Shown: one piece after another, positions 1 to 8,032 of the stretch
Layout: every line of letters begins with the position of its first letter
Numbering within the stretch: position 1 is the stretch's first letter
Origin: Sporichthyaceae bacterium
GTDB lineage: Bacteria; Actinomycetota; Actinomycetes; Sporichthyales; Sporichthyaceae
NCBI GenBank assembly: GCA_035644015.1
Contig: DASQPJ010000281.1
Span: forward strand, 1 to 39,680
Length of the DNA stretch: 39,680 bases
Reading direction: 5' to 3'
Notes under the pieces: model-generated
Seen by the model: the letters and a program-made list of their open reading frames with translations, nothing else
What the model was told of the DNA's origin: nothing
The model's database searches: none
Position numbers and translations under genes: made by a program

Positions 1-178
1 GCGCACCGGTGACGGCGGCGTTCATGTCCATGCCGGAGTGCTCGGTCGTGGTCGACGCCGCGGTGTCGGTGGCCGGAGCCACGGCGGTGTCGCTCTTGCT
101 GCTCCCGCAGGCGGCGAGGCCGGCAATGAGGACCGCGGCCAGTGAGGTAGCCGCGGCGGTGCGAGTGGGCAGACGCAT
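1..178 (-). CDS. putative secreted lipoprotein, N-terminal fragment (gene runs off the left edge)
   Basis: Not in the ORF track (too short). The reverse strand from ATG at 178-176 reads MRLPTRTAAATSLAAVLIAGLAACGSSKSDTAVAPATDTAASTTTEHSGMDMNAAVTGA. It has a basic n-region, a hydrophobic h-region and the lipobox LAAC. An AAAGGA Shine-Dalgarno-like motif lies at about 187-192. Function unknown. Confidence 0.45.
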   Translation of the reverse strand, partial: MRLPTRTAAATSLAAVLIAGLAACGSSKSDTAVAPATDTAASTTTEHSGMDMNAAVTGA

Positions 179-362
179 CAGAAAAATCCTTTGGTGGGAG
201 GCGCGGTTCTCGCGCCGTACGAGGCTGCGGGCACGCCGAACGGCGGCCGCGCTTACCGATCCACGGAGTCGCGACTGTTGCCAGTGCGCGCTGCTCGGGT
301 CGACTGCCCCCTATTCGGCAGCCCGCCCGGGGTGGACTGGTCGGACTGGCGAGGAGTTTCCG

Positions 363-2189
363 TCAGCCTTGCGGGCCCCGGCTGCGCGCGAGGCGGTCGA
401 CCACGTCCACCGTGACGTCGATCTCCTCGTGGGTGTTGTAGAACGCCAACGAGGGCCGCACCGTCGTCTCCACACCGAGGCGGCGCAGAATCGGTTGGGC
501 GCAGTGGTGCCCGGTGCGTACCGCGATGCCCTCGCGGTCGAGTTCGCGGCCCACCTCTTCGGTGCTGAACCCTTCGAGCACGAACGACACGACGCTGGCC
601 TTCTCCGCCGCCGTCCCGACCAGGCGCAACCCGGGGATCTCCCGCAGGCCGGCGGTGAGGTGCTCGACCAGGGCGTGCTCGTAGGCCGCGATGTTCGCCA
701 TGCCGAGGCGCTCGACGTAGTCCAGCGCGGTGGCCAGGCCGATCGCGTCGGCGATGTTCCCGGTGCCGGCCTCGAAGCGTCCCGGCGGCGGTTGATAGAG
801 CGCGCGTTCCAGGGTCACGTCGGTGATCATGTTGCCGCCGCCCTGCCACGGCGGCATGTCGGCGAGGGCCTGCCTGGTGCCGTACACCGCACCAATGCCG
901 GTGGGGCCGAAGACCTTGTGGCCGGAGAATACGAAGAAGTCCGCGCCCATCGCACTCACGTCGACGGGGGTGTGCGGGACGGACTGGGCGCCGTCGATGA
1001 CCGCGATGGCACCGGCCCGGTGCGCGAGCTCCACGATCTCCTCGACGGGGGTGACCGTGCCGAGCGCGTTGGAGACCTGGGTGACCGCGACGATCTTCGT
1101 GCGATCGGAGAGCAGGTCCGCGTAGTCCTCCATCAGCAACTCGCCCGCGTCATTCACCGGGATGACCTTGATGATCGCGCCGGTCGCCTTGGCCAGCATC
1201 TGCCACGGCACGATGTTCGCGTGATGCTCCAAGTGGGAGATCACGATCTCGTCGCCCTCGCGCACGTGGCGCCCGCCCCAGGCCTTCGCGATCAGGTTGA
1301 TGCCCTCGGTGGTGCCCCGGACGAAGACGATCTCCTCGGCGGAGCCGGCCCCGAGGAAACGCGCCACGGTGTCCCGGGCGTTCTCGAAGGCCTCGGTGGC
1401 CCGGGCGGCCAGGGTGTGCGCGGCGCGGTGGATGTTGGAGTTCTCGTGGGCGTAGAAGTAGGACAGCCGGTCGATGACGGCTTGCGGCTTCTGCGTGGTG
1501 GCGGCGTTGTCGAACCAGATCAGCGGCTTGCCGTTGACGATCTCGGACAGAATCGGGAAGTCCCGACGCACCGCGTTGACGTCGAAGGCCGGATGCGGGT
1601 CGTCGGGGAGGTCGGCCAGTTCCGGGATCTCCACCGGCCGGTCCACGGCGAACGGACCGCCCGCCCGGAACGCACTCTCGTCGAGGAAGTAGAAACCCGA
1701 CGAGGTGGGCTCTAGCGACAGCGGCGCGAAATCAAGTGACGCGGTGTCAACTGCCGGCACATCCAGCACCGGCAGCTCGTACGGCGACCGCCCGGGGCCT
1801 GCCGCGGACGCGCCCGGGTTGAGGCCCGGCGGGCTGCCGAGGAAGTAGAACGGACCGGCGGTTGGGTCCAGATCCGGGCCGGGTGACGGTAGGTCAGGGA
1901 CGCCCGGTGCCATGTCGGGGACAAACGGCATGGCGCTGCCGGCCGCGGAAGCGCCGCTGGTGGCACCCAGGCTGGTCGGCGGTGGCCCGGTCGGCGGGGC
2001 CGGTGGGGTGGTGATGCCCGGACCGTCCGCCGCCGGTAGGCCTTGCGGTAGCGGCCAACCGCCGCCCGGCTGCTGCGCCCCGCCGGGGAGCGCGGCAAAG
2101 AACTCCCCGGCCAGGCGATTCAGCGTCGCTTCGTCCGGCAGCGGGAACGGCGTGTCCGGAACCTCAGCGGTAGGTGGGGGCGTAGTCAT
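363..2189 (-). CDS. cysteine desulfurase (SufS/CsdA-like, class V aminotransferase) with a ~200-aa disordered N-terminal extension; predicted encapsulin cargo
   Basis: ORF track 363..2231. I prefer the ATG at 2189 (MTTPPPTAEV), which overlaps the upstream shell gene by 26 nt. The catalytic part starts near FDVNAVRRDFPILS...LIWFDNAATTQKP. It has the PLP-lysine motif SGHKVFGPTGIG and the catalytic-Cys motif RTGHHCAQP. The first ~200 aa are Pro/Gly/Ala-rich with no fold-like pattern. Confidence 0.9.
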   Translation of the reverse strand: MTTPPPTAEVPDTPFPLPDEATLNRLAGEFFAALPGGAQQPGGGWPLPQGLPAADGPGITTPPAPPTGPPPTSLGATSGASAAGSAMPFVPDMAPGVPDLPSPGPDLDPTAGPFYFLGSPPGLNPGASAAGPGRSPYELPVLDVPAVDTASLDFAPLSLEPTSSGFYFLDESAFRAGGPFAVDRPVEIPELADLPDDPHPAFDVNAVRRDFPILSEIVNGKPLIWFDNAATTQKPQAVIDRLSYFYAHENSNIHRAAHTLAARATEAFENARDTVARFLGAGSAEEIVFVRGTTEGINLIAKAWGGRHVREGDEIVISHLEHHANIVPWQMLAKATGAIIKVIPVNDAGELLMEDYADLLSDRTKIVAVTQVSNALGTVTPVEEIVELAHRAGAIAVIDGAQSVPHTPVDVSAMGADFFVFSGHKVFGPTGIGAVYGTRQALADMPPWQGGGNMITDVTLERALYQPPPGRFEAGTGNIADAIGLATALDYVERLGMANIAAYEHALVEHLTAGLREIPGLRLVGTAAEKASVVSFVLEGFSTEEVGRELDREGIAVRTGHHCAQPILRRLGVETTVRPSLAFYNTHEEIDVTVDVVDRLARSRGPQG

Positions 2190-3093
2190 GGAACTTTTCC
2201 ACCTCGACGTCGTCGAGCACGGCCAGCGCATCCGGGGTCAGCACCACCAGCGAGCAGTACAGCGACACCAGGTACGACGCGATGGCGCTGCGGTCGATCC
2301 CCATGAAGCGCACCGACAGCCCGGGGCCTTGCTCGCCGGCCAGGCCGGGCTGGAACAGCCCGATGACGCCCTGGCGCGCCTCCCCCACCCGGATCAGCAG
2401 GACCTTCGTCTTCCCGCCGACCAACGGCACCTTGTCCGACGGGACGATCGGAATCCCGCGCCAGGTGAGGAACTGCGAGCCGAACATGCTGATCGTGGGC
2501 GGCGGCACACCGCGCCGGGTGCATTCCCGGCCGAACGCGGCGACGGCCGCCGGGTGGGTCAGGAAGAACGCAGGCTGCTTCCAGACCAGCCGGAGCAGGC
2601 TGTCCAGGTCGTCCGGGGTCGGCGGTCCGGCTACGGTCGGGATGCGCTGGTCGGGGTGGGTGTTGGCGAGCAACCCATAGTCCCCGCTGTTGATCAGCTC
2701 GCCCTCTTGATGCTCCTTGATGGTCTCGATGGTGAGCCGGAGCTGCTGGGCGATCTGGTTGTGCGGGCTGGAGTACAGGTCGGAGATCCGGGTGTGCACA
2801 TCCAGGATCGTCTGCACGGCCTTGAGCCGGTACTCCCGCGGGTCACGGTCATAGTCGACGAACGTATTCGGCAGCGGCGCCTCGTCGTAGTTGCTGCACT
2901 GCACCTCCACCGACTCCGGGTGGATCACCTGGTTCAGCCGGTAGATGCCGGCCTCGACCGGAACCCAGGACAACAGGTGCGTCAACCACCGCGGGGTGAT
3001 CGTCGACATCTGCGGAACGGATTTGGTGGCGTTCGCCAGGGTCCTCGCGGCATCGTCCCCAAGAGAAACGGCCGCTGGTGACGTGGTGGTCAC
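2164..3093 (-). CDS. Family 2A encapsulin nanocompartment shell protein (HK97-fold, no cNMP-binding domain)
   Basis: 309 aa with a GTG start at 3093, preceded by AGGAG 7 nt upstream. From memory, the sequence closely resembles the SrpI-type Family 2 encapsulin, for example ANATKSVPQMSTITPRWLTHLLSWVPVEAGIYRLNQV, VDYDRDPREY, DVHTRISDLYSSPHNQI, AFGRECTRRGVPPPT, GKTKVLLIRVGEARQGVIGL, LSVRFMGI and YLVSLYCSL. The length fits subfamily 2A. It lies directly upstream of, and overlapping, a desulfurase with a disordered N-terminus. Confidence 0.82.
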   Translation of the reverse strand: MTTTSPAAVSLGDDAARTLANATKSVPQMSTITPRWLTHLLSWVPVEAGIYRLNQVIHPESVEVQCSNYDEAPLPNTFVDYDRDPREYRLKAVQTILDVHTRISDLYSSPHNQIAQQLRLTIETIKEHQEGELINSGDYGLLANTHPDQRIPTVAGPPTPDDLDSLLRLVWKQPAFFLTHPAAVAAFGRECTRRGVPPPTISMFGSQFLTWRGIPIVPSDKVPLVGGKTKVLLIRVGEARQGVIGLFQPGLAGEQGPGLSVRFMGIDRSAIASYLVSLYCSLVVLTPDALAVLDDVEVEKFHDYAPTYR

Positions 3094-3196
3094 AGTCCCA
3101 CTCCTGACCTCGATGGTGCGCCGCTTCCGGCGACGTAGGACACGCTACGAGTGAGGCGGCCGGGGCTCGCAACCGGGACCCGGGGATGATGAGCAG

Positions 3197-4504
3197 GTGC
3201 GAGCCGTCCACGCCCTCACCCATGCGCTGACCATGACCGGCAACATGACCTGGCAGGTGACCTGGTCGTTGATCCTTGGGTTCGCCCTGTCAGCGGTCGT
3301 GCAGTCGCTGATCCGCAAGGACACCATCGTCCGACTGCTGCCCGATGACCGGCCGCGCAGCCTGGTCACCGCGGCGGGGTTGGGGGCGGCCTCGAGCTCG
3401 TGTTCCTACGCCGCCGCGGCGCTGTCCCGCTCGCTGTTCCGCAAGGGCGCCAACTTCACCGCGGCGACCGCGTTCCTGTTCGCCTCCACCAATCTGGTGG
3501 TCGAACTCGGGCTGATCCTGGCCCTGCTCATCGGCTGGCAGTTCACCGTCGCGGAGTTCATCGGCGGCCCGATCATGATCGTGTTCCTGGCGTTGTTGTT
3601 CCGGCGATTCCTGACCAGCCGTCTGGTATCCGCGGCCCGGGAACAGGCCGAGCTCGGCCGCGCCGGGTCGATGGAGGGTCACGCCGCGATGGACATGAGC
3701 GTGGCGGGAACCGGGAGTTTCTGGTCGCGGCTGGCCAGCCCGGCCGGGTTCACCTCGATCAGCCACAACTTCGTCATGGAGTGGGCCGCGATCCTGCGCG
3801 ACCTGGTCGGTGGGCTGTTCATCGCCGGCGCCGCCGGGGCCTGGATCCCGGACAGCTTCTGGCAGCACCTGTTCCTCGCCGATCACCCCACGTTGGCGAA
3901 GCTCTGGGGGCCGATCATCGGCCCGCTGGTGGCCGTCGCGACGTTCGTCTGTTCCATCGGCAACGTGCCGCTCGCAGCGGTGCTGTGGAACGGCGGGATC
4001 AGCTTCGGCGGGGTGATCAGCTTCATCTTCGCCGACCTGATCATCATCCCGTTGCTGCTCATCTACGCGAAGTACTACGGCCGGCGCATGGCCTGGTTCA
4101 TGTTCGGCACCTTCTACCTGACCATGGCCGTGGCCGGGTACGCGATCGAGCTGCTGTTCAACCCGATCGGACTCATCCCGGACGGTCCACGGCACGCCTC
4201 GGAGGGGGACGACGGAATTCGGTGGAATTACACCTCCGTACTCAACGTTGTGTTCCTGTTGCTCGCCGCCGTGCTGGTGTGGCGCTTCCTCACCACCGGC
4301 GGGCGGGCGATGCTCGCGATGATGGGCGGCAGCCCGGGAGACATGGACCACTCCCACGCCGAACACCACATGGCGGGGGCGGACCCGGGAAATGCTGCGA
4401 TGATGGAAGCCCATGGACTGGCCCTGCATTCGGGACCGGCCACAACCGAGCAGGGAGAAAACATTGTCGGTGAAGATGAGGGCGGTCAAGGTCGCCCGGA
4501 ATAA
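3197..4504 (+). CDS. predicted permease (PF03773 / ArsP-YraQ-like) with a C-terminal His/Met-rich tail
   Basis: Polytopic membrane protein with two internally related halves that carry conserved Cys motifs (GLGAASSSCSYAAAAL and ATFVCSIGNVPLAAVLWNGG). The tail is DMDHSHAEHHMAGADPGNAAMMEAHG. The start is uncertain: GTG 3197, or ATG 3233 or 3245. It is divergent from the encapsulin operon. Confidence 0.75.
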   Translation: MRAVHALTHALTMTGNMTWQVTWSLILGFALSAVVQSLIRKDTIVRLLPDDRPRSLVTAAGLGAASSSCSYAAAALSRSLFRKGANFTAATAFLFASTNLVVELGLILALLIGWQFTVAEFIGGPIMIVFLALLFRRFLTSRLVSAAREQAELGRAGSMEGHAAMDMSVAGTGSFWSRLASPAGFTSISHNFVMEWAAILRDLVGGLFIAGAAGAWIPDSFWQHLFLADHPTLAKLWGPIIGPLVAVATFVCSIGNVPLAAVLWNGGISFGGVISFIFADLIIIPLLLIYAKYYGRRMAWFMFGTFYLTMAVAGYAIELLFNPIGLIPDGPRHASEGDDGIRWNYTSVLNVVFLLLAAVLVWRFLTTGGRAMLAMMGGSPGDMDHSHAEHHMAGADPGNAAMMEAHGLALHSGPATTEQGENIVGEDEGGQGRPE

Positions 4505-4658
4505 GGACTCGAACAAGCCGGTGCGGACGCCGCCGTTCGACGCCAGCACGATCAAGCCGCACAAGCACGGCACCGGGTTCAGCAGCTGCGCCCCCTGCAA
4601 CGCTGCGGGCCTGGCCAGCACCTGCGCGCACGTCGAGGACTGGGTCAAGGAAGCCTGA
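4470..4658 (+). CDS. hypothetical small basic Cys-containing protein (~60-62 aa), candidate unannotated gene
   Basis: This is the distal part of track ORF 4413..4658. GGGAGA at 4453-4458 precedes GTG 4470 and ATG 4476. Translation: (VK)MRAVKVARNKDSNKPVRTPPFDASTIKPHKHGTGFSSCAPCNAAGLASTCAHVEDWVKEA. Third-codon positions are almost all G/C, and all Lys codons are AAG. It overlaps the permease 3' end by ~30 nt and is followed by a GC-rich hairpin. I recognise no family. Confidence 0.4.
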   Translation: MKMRAVKVARNKDSNKPVRTPPFDASTIKPHKHGTGFSSCAPCNAAGLASTCAHVEDWVKEA

Positions 4659-4671
4659 CCGAGCATCAAAT

Positions 4672-4701
4672 CGGGCCGGCTCGGAACCTCGGGCCGGCCC
4701 T
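4672..4701 (+). terminator. GC-rich hairpin / direct repeat downstream of the permease and small ORF (possible U-tract-less terminator)
   Basis: TCGGGCCGGC occurs twice (4671-4680 and 4689-4698). GGGCCGG (4673-4679) can pair with CCGGCCC (4694-4700). There is no U-tract. Confidence 0.25.
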
Positions 4702-4762
4702 GGGTATGTCCCGCCGGCCCGGTCACTGACCCCAACGGCGCAGCGCCGCTACCGTTGGCGCC

Positions 4763-5629
4763 GTGACCGCCGGGCCGAGGAGACGCCGCGCTGACCCGCC
4801 CGTGGCTCCGCGCCCGCTGGACCGCGGCTCGGACGAACCGTTGTGGGCCCAACTGCGCGCCGAGCTGCTCCGCCGGCTCGAGGCCGGCGAGTTCGGCGAA
4901 CGCCTCCCCGGCGAGCACGCCATCGCCGCGCAGTACGACGTCAGCCGGTACACGGTCCGTGACGCGGTGGGCAAGCTGCGGGCCGAGGGCATCCTCAGCG
5001 GGCAGCGCGGCCAGCAGGCCCGGCTGCCCGTCGCGCCGGCGCAGCCCACCACGCACCTCTACACGCTCTCCGCGGTGCTGCAACGCACCGGCGCCGAGCC
5101 CTCCGCCGTGGTGCGGGAGTTGGGCATCCGCACCGATCCCGCCATCGCCGAACGGCTGGGCCTCGACCGGGAGGCGCCGTTGGTGCACCTGGAGCGGGTG
5201 CGACTGGCCGACGGTGCACCGTTCGCGCTGGAACGGGTCTGGCTGCCGGCGGTGCTGGCCGCCCCCCTGCTCGAGGTCGACTTCAGCCGAGCCTCCCTCT
5301 ACGACGAACTGCGCCGCATCGGCGTGCACCCGTGGATGGGCTCCGAGCGCCTCTCCGCGATCGTCCCCACCGCGGCAGAGGCGGCCCTGCTGGGCATGGG
5401 ACGGCGCCGCGAAGCGGCCCTGCTCATCGAGCGGCAGGCGTGCGCGGGCGACCGGTTCTGCGAGGTCCGGCACACGCTGGTGCGTGGTGACCGGGTCGAG
5501 GCGTATGCCGAGTTCACCGACCGCCCCGGCTACGAACTGCTGCTCGACGGCGAGGAGCCCACCGGCGCGGTGAGCCGGCCGCCGGCCCGGCCGCTACGCC
5601 TCGCGGCCCGTCGCGCCGACTCGAGCTGA
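4763..5629 (+). CDS. GntR-family transcriptional regulator, HutC/UTRA subfamily
   Basis: N-terminal winged-HTH region: PLWAQLRAELLRRLEAGEFGERLPGEHAIAAQYDVSRYTVRDAVGKLRAEGIL. C-terminal UTRA-like effector domain: LVHLERVRLADGAPFALERVWLPA. GTG start at 4763; the true start could be further downstream. Confidence 0.85.
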   Translation: MTAGPRRRRADPPVAPRPLDRGSDEPLWAQLRAELLRRLEAGEFGERLPGEHAIAAQYDVSRYTVRDAVGKLRAEGILSGQRGQQARLPVAPAQPTTHLYTLSAVLQRTGAEPSAVVRELGIRTDPAIAERLGLDREAPLVHLERVRLADGAPFALERVWLPAVLAAPLLEVDFSRASLYDELRRIGVHPWMGSERLSAIVPTAAEAALLGMGRRREAALLIERQACAGDRFCEVRHTLVRGDRVEAYAEFTDRPGYELLLDGEEPTGAVSRPPARPLRLAARRADSS

Positions 5630-6826
5630 TCAGCGGGACATCTGCTGGACCGGACGCGCTTGAAACTGCGCGATGGTGCCCGGGGTTTGCACGTCGAGCC
5701 AGTCGGTGAGCTCCTTGAAGGACACGCACCGGGTGCCCGGGTTGTGGCAGGTCTCCAGCAGGAACTTCGACAGCGCGTCCAGGTAGATGCCGTCGTTGAA
5801 CCGGTCGAAGTGATCGCCGAGGATCAACGGCGCGCGGTTGCCGTTGCGCAGCGCCTGGTAGGCGTGGCGGTAGGTGTCGAGCGTCTGTCGTTCCAATCCG
5901 TCCTGCAGCGCGCCACCGAGGTCGCGGCCGCCGCTCTGGGCGAGGAAGAAGTTGTAGTCCATGGACAGCACGCTGGAGTTGGTGCCGGCCAGGCGGAGTT
6001 CCTGCATCGGGATGTCCCACATGCCGTTGGCGAACTTGTGCGGCCAGCGCAGGTCTCCGTCGCCGCTGCTGTCGTAGCGGAAACCGTGGGCGGCGAGCAC
6101 GGGCAGGAAGGCGTCGCGGCGGCCCTCCAGGCAGGGCGTGCGCTCGCCCACGATGGCCTTGTCCCCGAAGGGCATGGGCGCCGCGTCCGGGGCGTCGGCG
6201 TTGGTCCGCCAGTTGTCCAGGAACGAGTAGAACTGGTCGAGTTCATTCGACCACTCGGCCGTGTTCCAGGCGGCACCACCGACCTGGCCGCAGAAGTGGC
6301 CGTTGTAGTGCGTCCCGATCTCGTTGCCGGCCATATACGCCCGGCGGACGAATTCCATGCGCTTCTGAATGTCCGCTTCATTGCTGAAGTTGATGTCCGC
6401 ACTGCCGACCGGGTGTCCCGGCGGGTGGTAGAGCGTGCGCTTGTCCCGGGGTACCAGGTAGGGACCCGACAGGAAGAAGGTCATCCCGGCGTCGGCGCGT
6501 CGGGAGACGTCCAGCCAGCGCTGCCATTCGTCCAGGCTGCCCGCGCCGTCGAAGGAGGTGACGATGAACTGGGGCGGGGTCTCGCCGGGCTTGAGTGGCA
6601 CGGGCGCGAGGTCGGAGTCGGGTGTCGGGGTGGCGGTGGTGGATGGGGTGGCGGATGGGGTGGCGGTGGTGGTGCTCGCGGGCTCCTGGATCTGCGGCGC
6701 GGATTCGGCGGCCATGCCGCCGGTACACGCCGCGAGCACGCTGACCGCGGCCACCGCGAGCGTGGCTCTGCTGAGCACGTCGCGGGCACGGAGGCCTCGG
6801 ATCCTCACGGCCGCAACGGTAAGCAC
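5630..6826 (-). CDS. secreted lipoprotein, polysaccharide deacetylase (NodB/CE4)-like
   Basis: Signal peptide with lipobox VLAAC, then a Thr/Pro/Ser linker (TTTATPSATPSTTATPTPDS). The following domain carries FIVTSFDGAG and GNEIGTHYNGH motifs reminiscent of NodB motifs 1 and 2. The functional call is tentative. GTG start at 6826; internal GTG alternatives exist. Confidence 0.6.
   Translation of the reverse strand: MLTVAAVRIRGLRARDVLSRATLAVAAVSVLAACTGGMAAESAPQIQEPASTTTATPSATPSTTATPTPDSDLAPVPLKPGETPPQFIVTSFDGAGSLDEWQRWLDVSRRADAGMTFFLSGPYLVPRDKRTLYHPPGHPVGSADINFSNEADIQKRMEFVRRAYMAGNEIGTHYNGHFCGQVGGAAWNTAEWSNELDQFYSFLDNWRTNADAPDAAPMPFGDKAIVGERTPCLEGRRDAFLPVLAAHGFRYDSSGDGDLRWPHKFANGMWDIPMQELRLAGTNSSVLSMDYNFFLAQSGGRDLGGALQDGLERQTLDTYRHAYQALRNGNRAPLILGDHFDRFNDGIYLDALSKFLLETCHNPGTRCVSFKELTDWLDVQTPGTIAQFQARPVQQMSR
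6621..6676. repeat. short imperfect tandem repeat (GGGGTGGCGG core x3) encoding the Thr/Pro-rich linker of the lipoprotein
   Basis: The GGGGTGGCGG core occurs at 6627, 6645 and 6657, with units of 18, 12 and 18 nt. It lies in-frame within the coding sequence. Confidence 0.7.
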
Positions 6827-6938
6827 GCGGCCCCGGGTCAGGGACGAAGTTGGGCCAAACCCCCCTGACGCATCGCCAGATTTGACTGTCCGCTCACCAC
6901 TAAGGGTGGTGACGCACGCGTACGGCGAGAAAGACGGC

Positions 6939-7733
6939 TCAGACGTCCTGGCGAAGAAAACGCACTGTGGCGGCGCCGAACAGCAACCCGGACCAGGCGG
7001 AGAAGACCCCGAGGGCGACGGCGCGGGAGCCGATGTGCCAACCGAGCGGGTGGCCCCACATGGCCTCGCCGGCGGCCGCCGGTAGATAGGGCGCGAACCA
7101 CCGGGTACCCGACCCGGGCAACAGGAAAATCATGATCGGCACCACGTAGAACATCGCCACCAGGGCGCTGATCGCGGCTGCGGTGCCGCGCAGCAGACCA
7201 CCCAGGCTCAATCCGATCACCGCGACGAGCACCATGTACATCGCCGCCCAGCACCCCGTCGTCCACGGACGGGGATCGGCCAGCTCGATCGTCCAACCCC
7301 GGACGCGCAGTTCACCGACGCCGACGAACACCGCAGCCGGAATCGCGACCAGGGCAACGACAGTTACCACCGCGACCACCGCGACCAGCTTCGCCCAGAG
7401 CACCGGCATCCTCCTCGGCGTGACGGTCAGCGCGGATCGCATTACCCCGGTCGCGTAATCCGCGCTGATCACCAGGACCCCGAGTACGCCGAGTGCGAGC
7501 GGGCACAGCCCGACCCCGAGCAGCACGTCGATGCCGGGGTTGAAGCCCAAGTACCCCCACCCGTCCGGCGGCGCTTGGGTGGTCGCCGCAATCTGGAAGG
7601 CCGACCCGACAACCACCACCACGATCAGCAACGGCGCGACCCCGTTCGAGCGCAGCGACAGGAACTTCGTGCACTCCGCCCGCGTCGCGCGCGCTTGTGT
7701 CGGACCGAGTCGGGGCGCGGCGGACGACCTCAT
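6939..7733 (-). CDS. ABC-2 type transporter permease (DrrB-like)
   Basis: Six-TM ABC-2-like protein. The N-terminus MRSSAAPRLGPTQARATRAECTKFLSLRSNG matches the usual AEWxKLRS-type start of these permeases. The same frame stays open and codon-biased up to a TTG at 8036, which overlaps the upstream TGA, so the protein may be ~100 aa longer (see findings). Confidence 0.8.
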   Translation of the reverse strand: MRSSAAPRLGPTQARATRAECTKFLSLRSNGVAPLLIVVVVVGSAFQIAATTQAPPDGWGYLGFNPGIDVLLGVGLCPLALGVLGVLVISADYATGVMRSALTVTPRRMPVLWAKLVAVVAVVTVVALVAIPAAVFVGVGELRVRGWTIELADPRPWTTGCWAAMYMVLVAVIGLSLGGLLRGTAAAISALVAMFYVVPIMIFLLPGSGTRWFAPYLPAAAGEAMWGHPLGWHIGSRAVALGVFSAWSGLLFGAATVRFLRQDV

Positions 7734-8032
7734 CTGGGCCGCTGCGGCCAGGGCCGTCCGCAGTCGGTGCGCGGATGCGCCCACTCTGGCCCGCAGGCCG
7801 GCCAGCCGCGTCGGGCCCGGAACGCGAAGGACCCCGGCTCGCAGTACGGCGCCAACCCCGATCACCTCGCACAGCAGCGCGTAGGCCGACCATGCACTGG
7901 CCCGCGGACCCGCCGCCAACAGCACGGTGGCCGCGCTGACCAACGCGGCGCCGTACCAGCCGAGGATCCGGTTGCCCGAACGCGACGGATCACCCGACGG
8001 TTCGGCCGGCAGCCCGCTCAATCCCGAGGCGC

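Noticed and set aside
9-1715. 568-aa plus-strand ORF covering the left end
   Set aside because: It is antisense to the clearly recognisable cysteine desulfurase. The translation is Arg/Gly/Ala/Asp-rich with no motifs. It is a typical high-GC shadow ORF.
4470-4658. Calling the small Cys/Ser/Thr-containing ORF a lanthipeptide or other RiPP precursor
   Set aside because: No dehydratase, cyclase, radical-SAM, YcaO or peptidase gene is nearby. Composition alone is insufficient. It is kept only as a hypothetical small protein.
3290-5473. 727-aa minus-strand ORF spanning the permease, the small ORF and the GntR gene
   Set aside because: Its first codon positions coincide with the G/C-rich third positions of the permease and GntR genes, which is the classic stop-free shadow frame. 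The product is low-complexity Arg/Gly/Pro-rich.
5660-6868. 402-aa plus-strand ORF opposite the NodB-like lipoprotein gene
   Set aside because: A shadow ORF. It includes a GGGWGGGWGGGG run, which is simply the complement of the Thr/Pro linker repeat.
6894-6912. Hairpin TCACCAC-TAAGG-GTGGTGA between the end of the PKS operon and the lipoprotein gene start, and a nearby GTCAGGG...CCCTGAC pair at about 6837-6869
   Set aside because: The stems are only 7 bp, there is no U-tract on either strand, and the loop of the second is large. This is not enough to call a terminator or operator.
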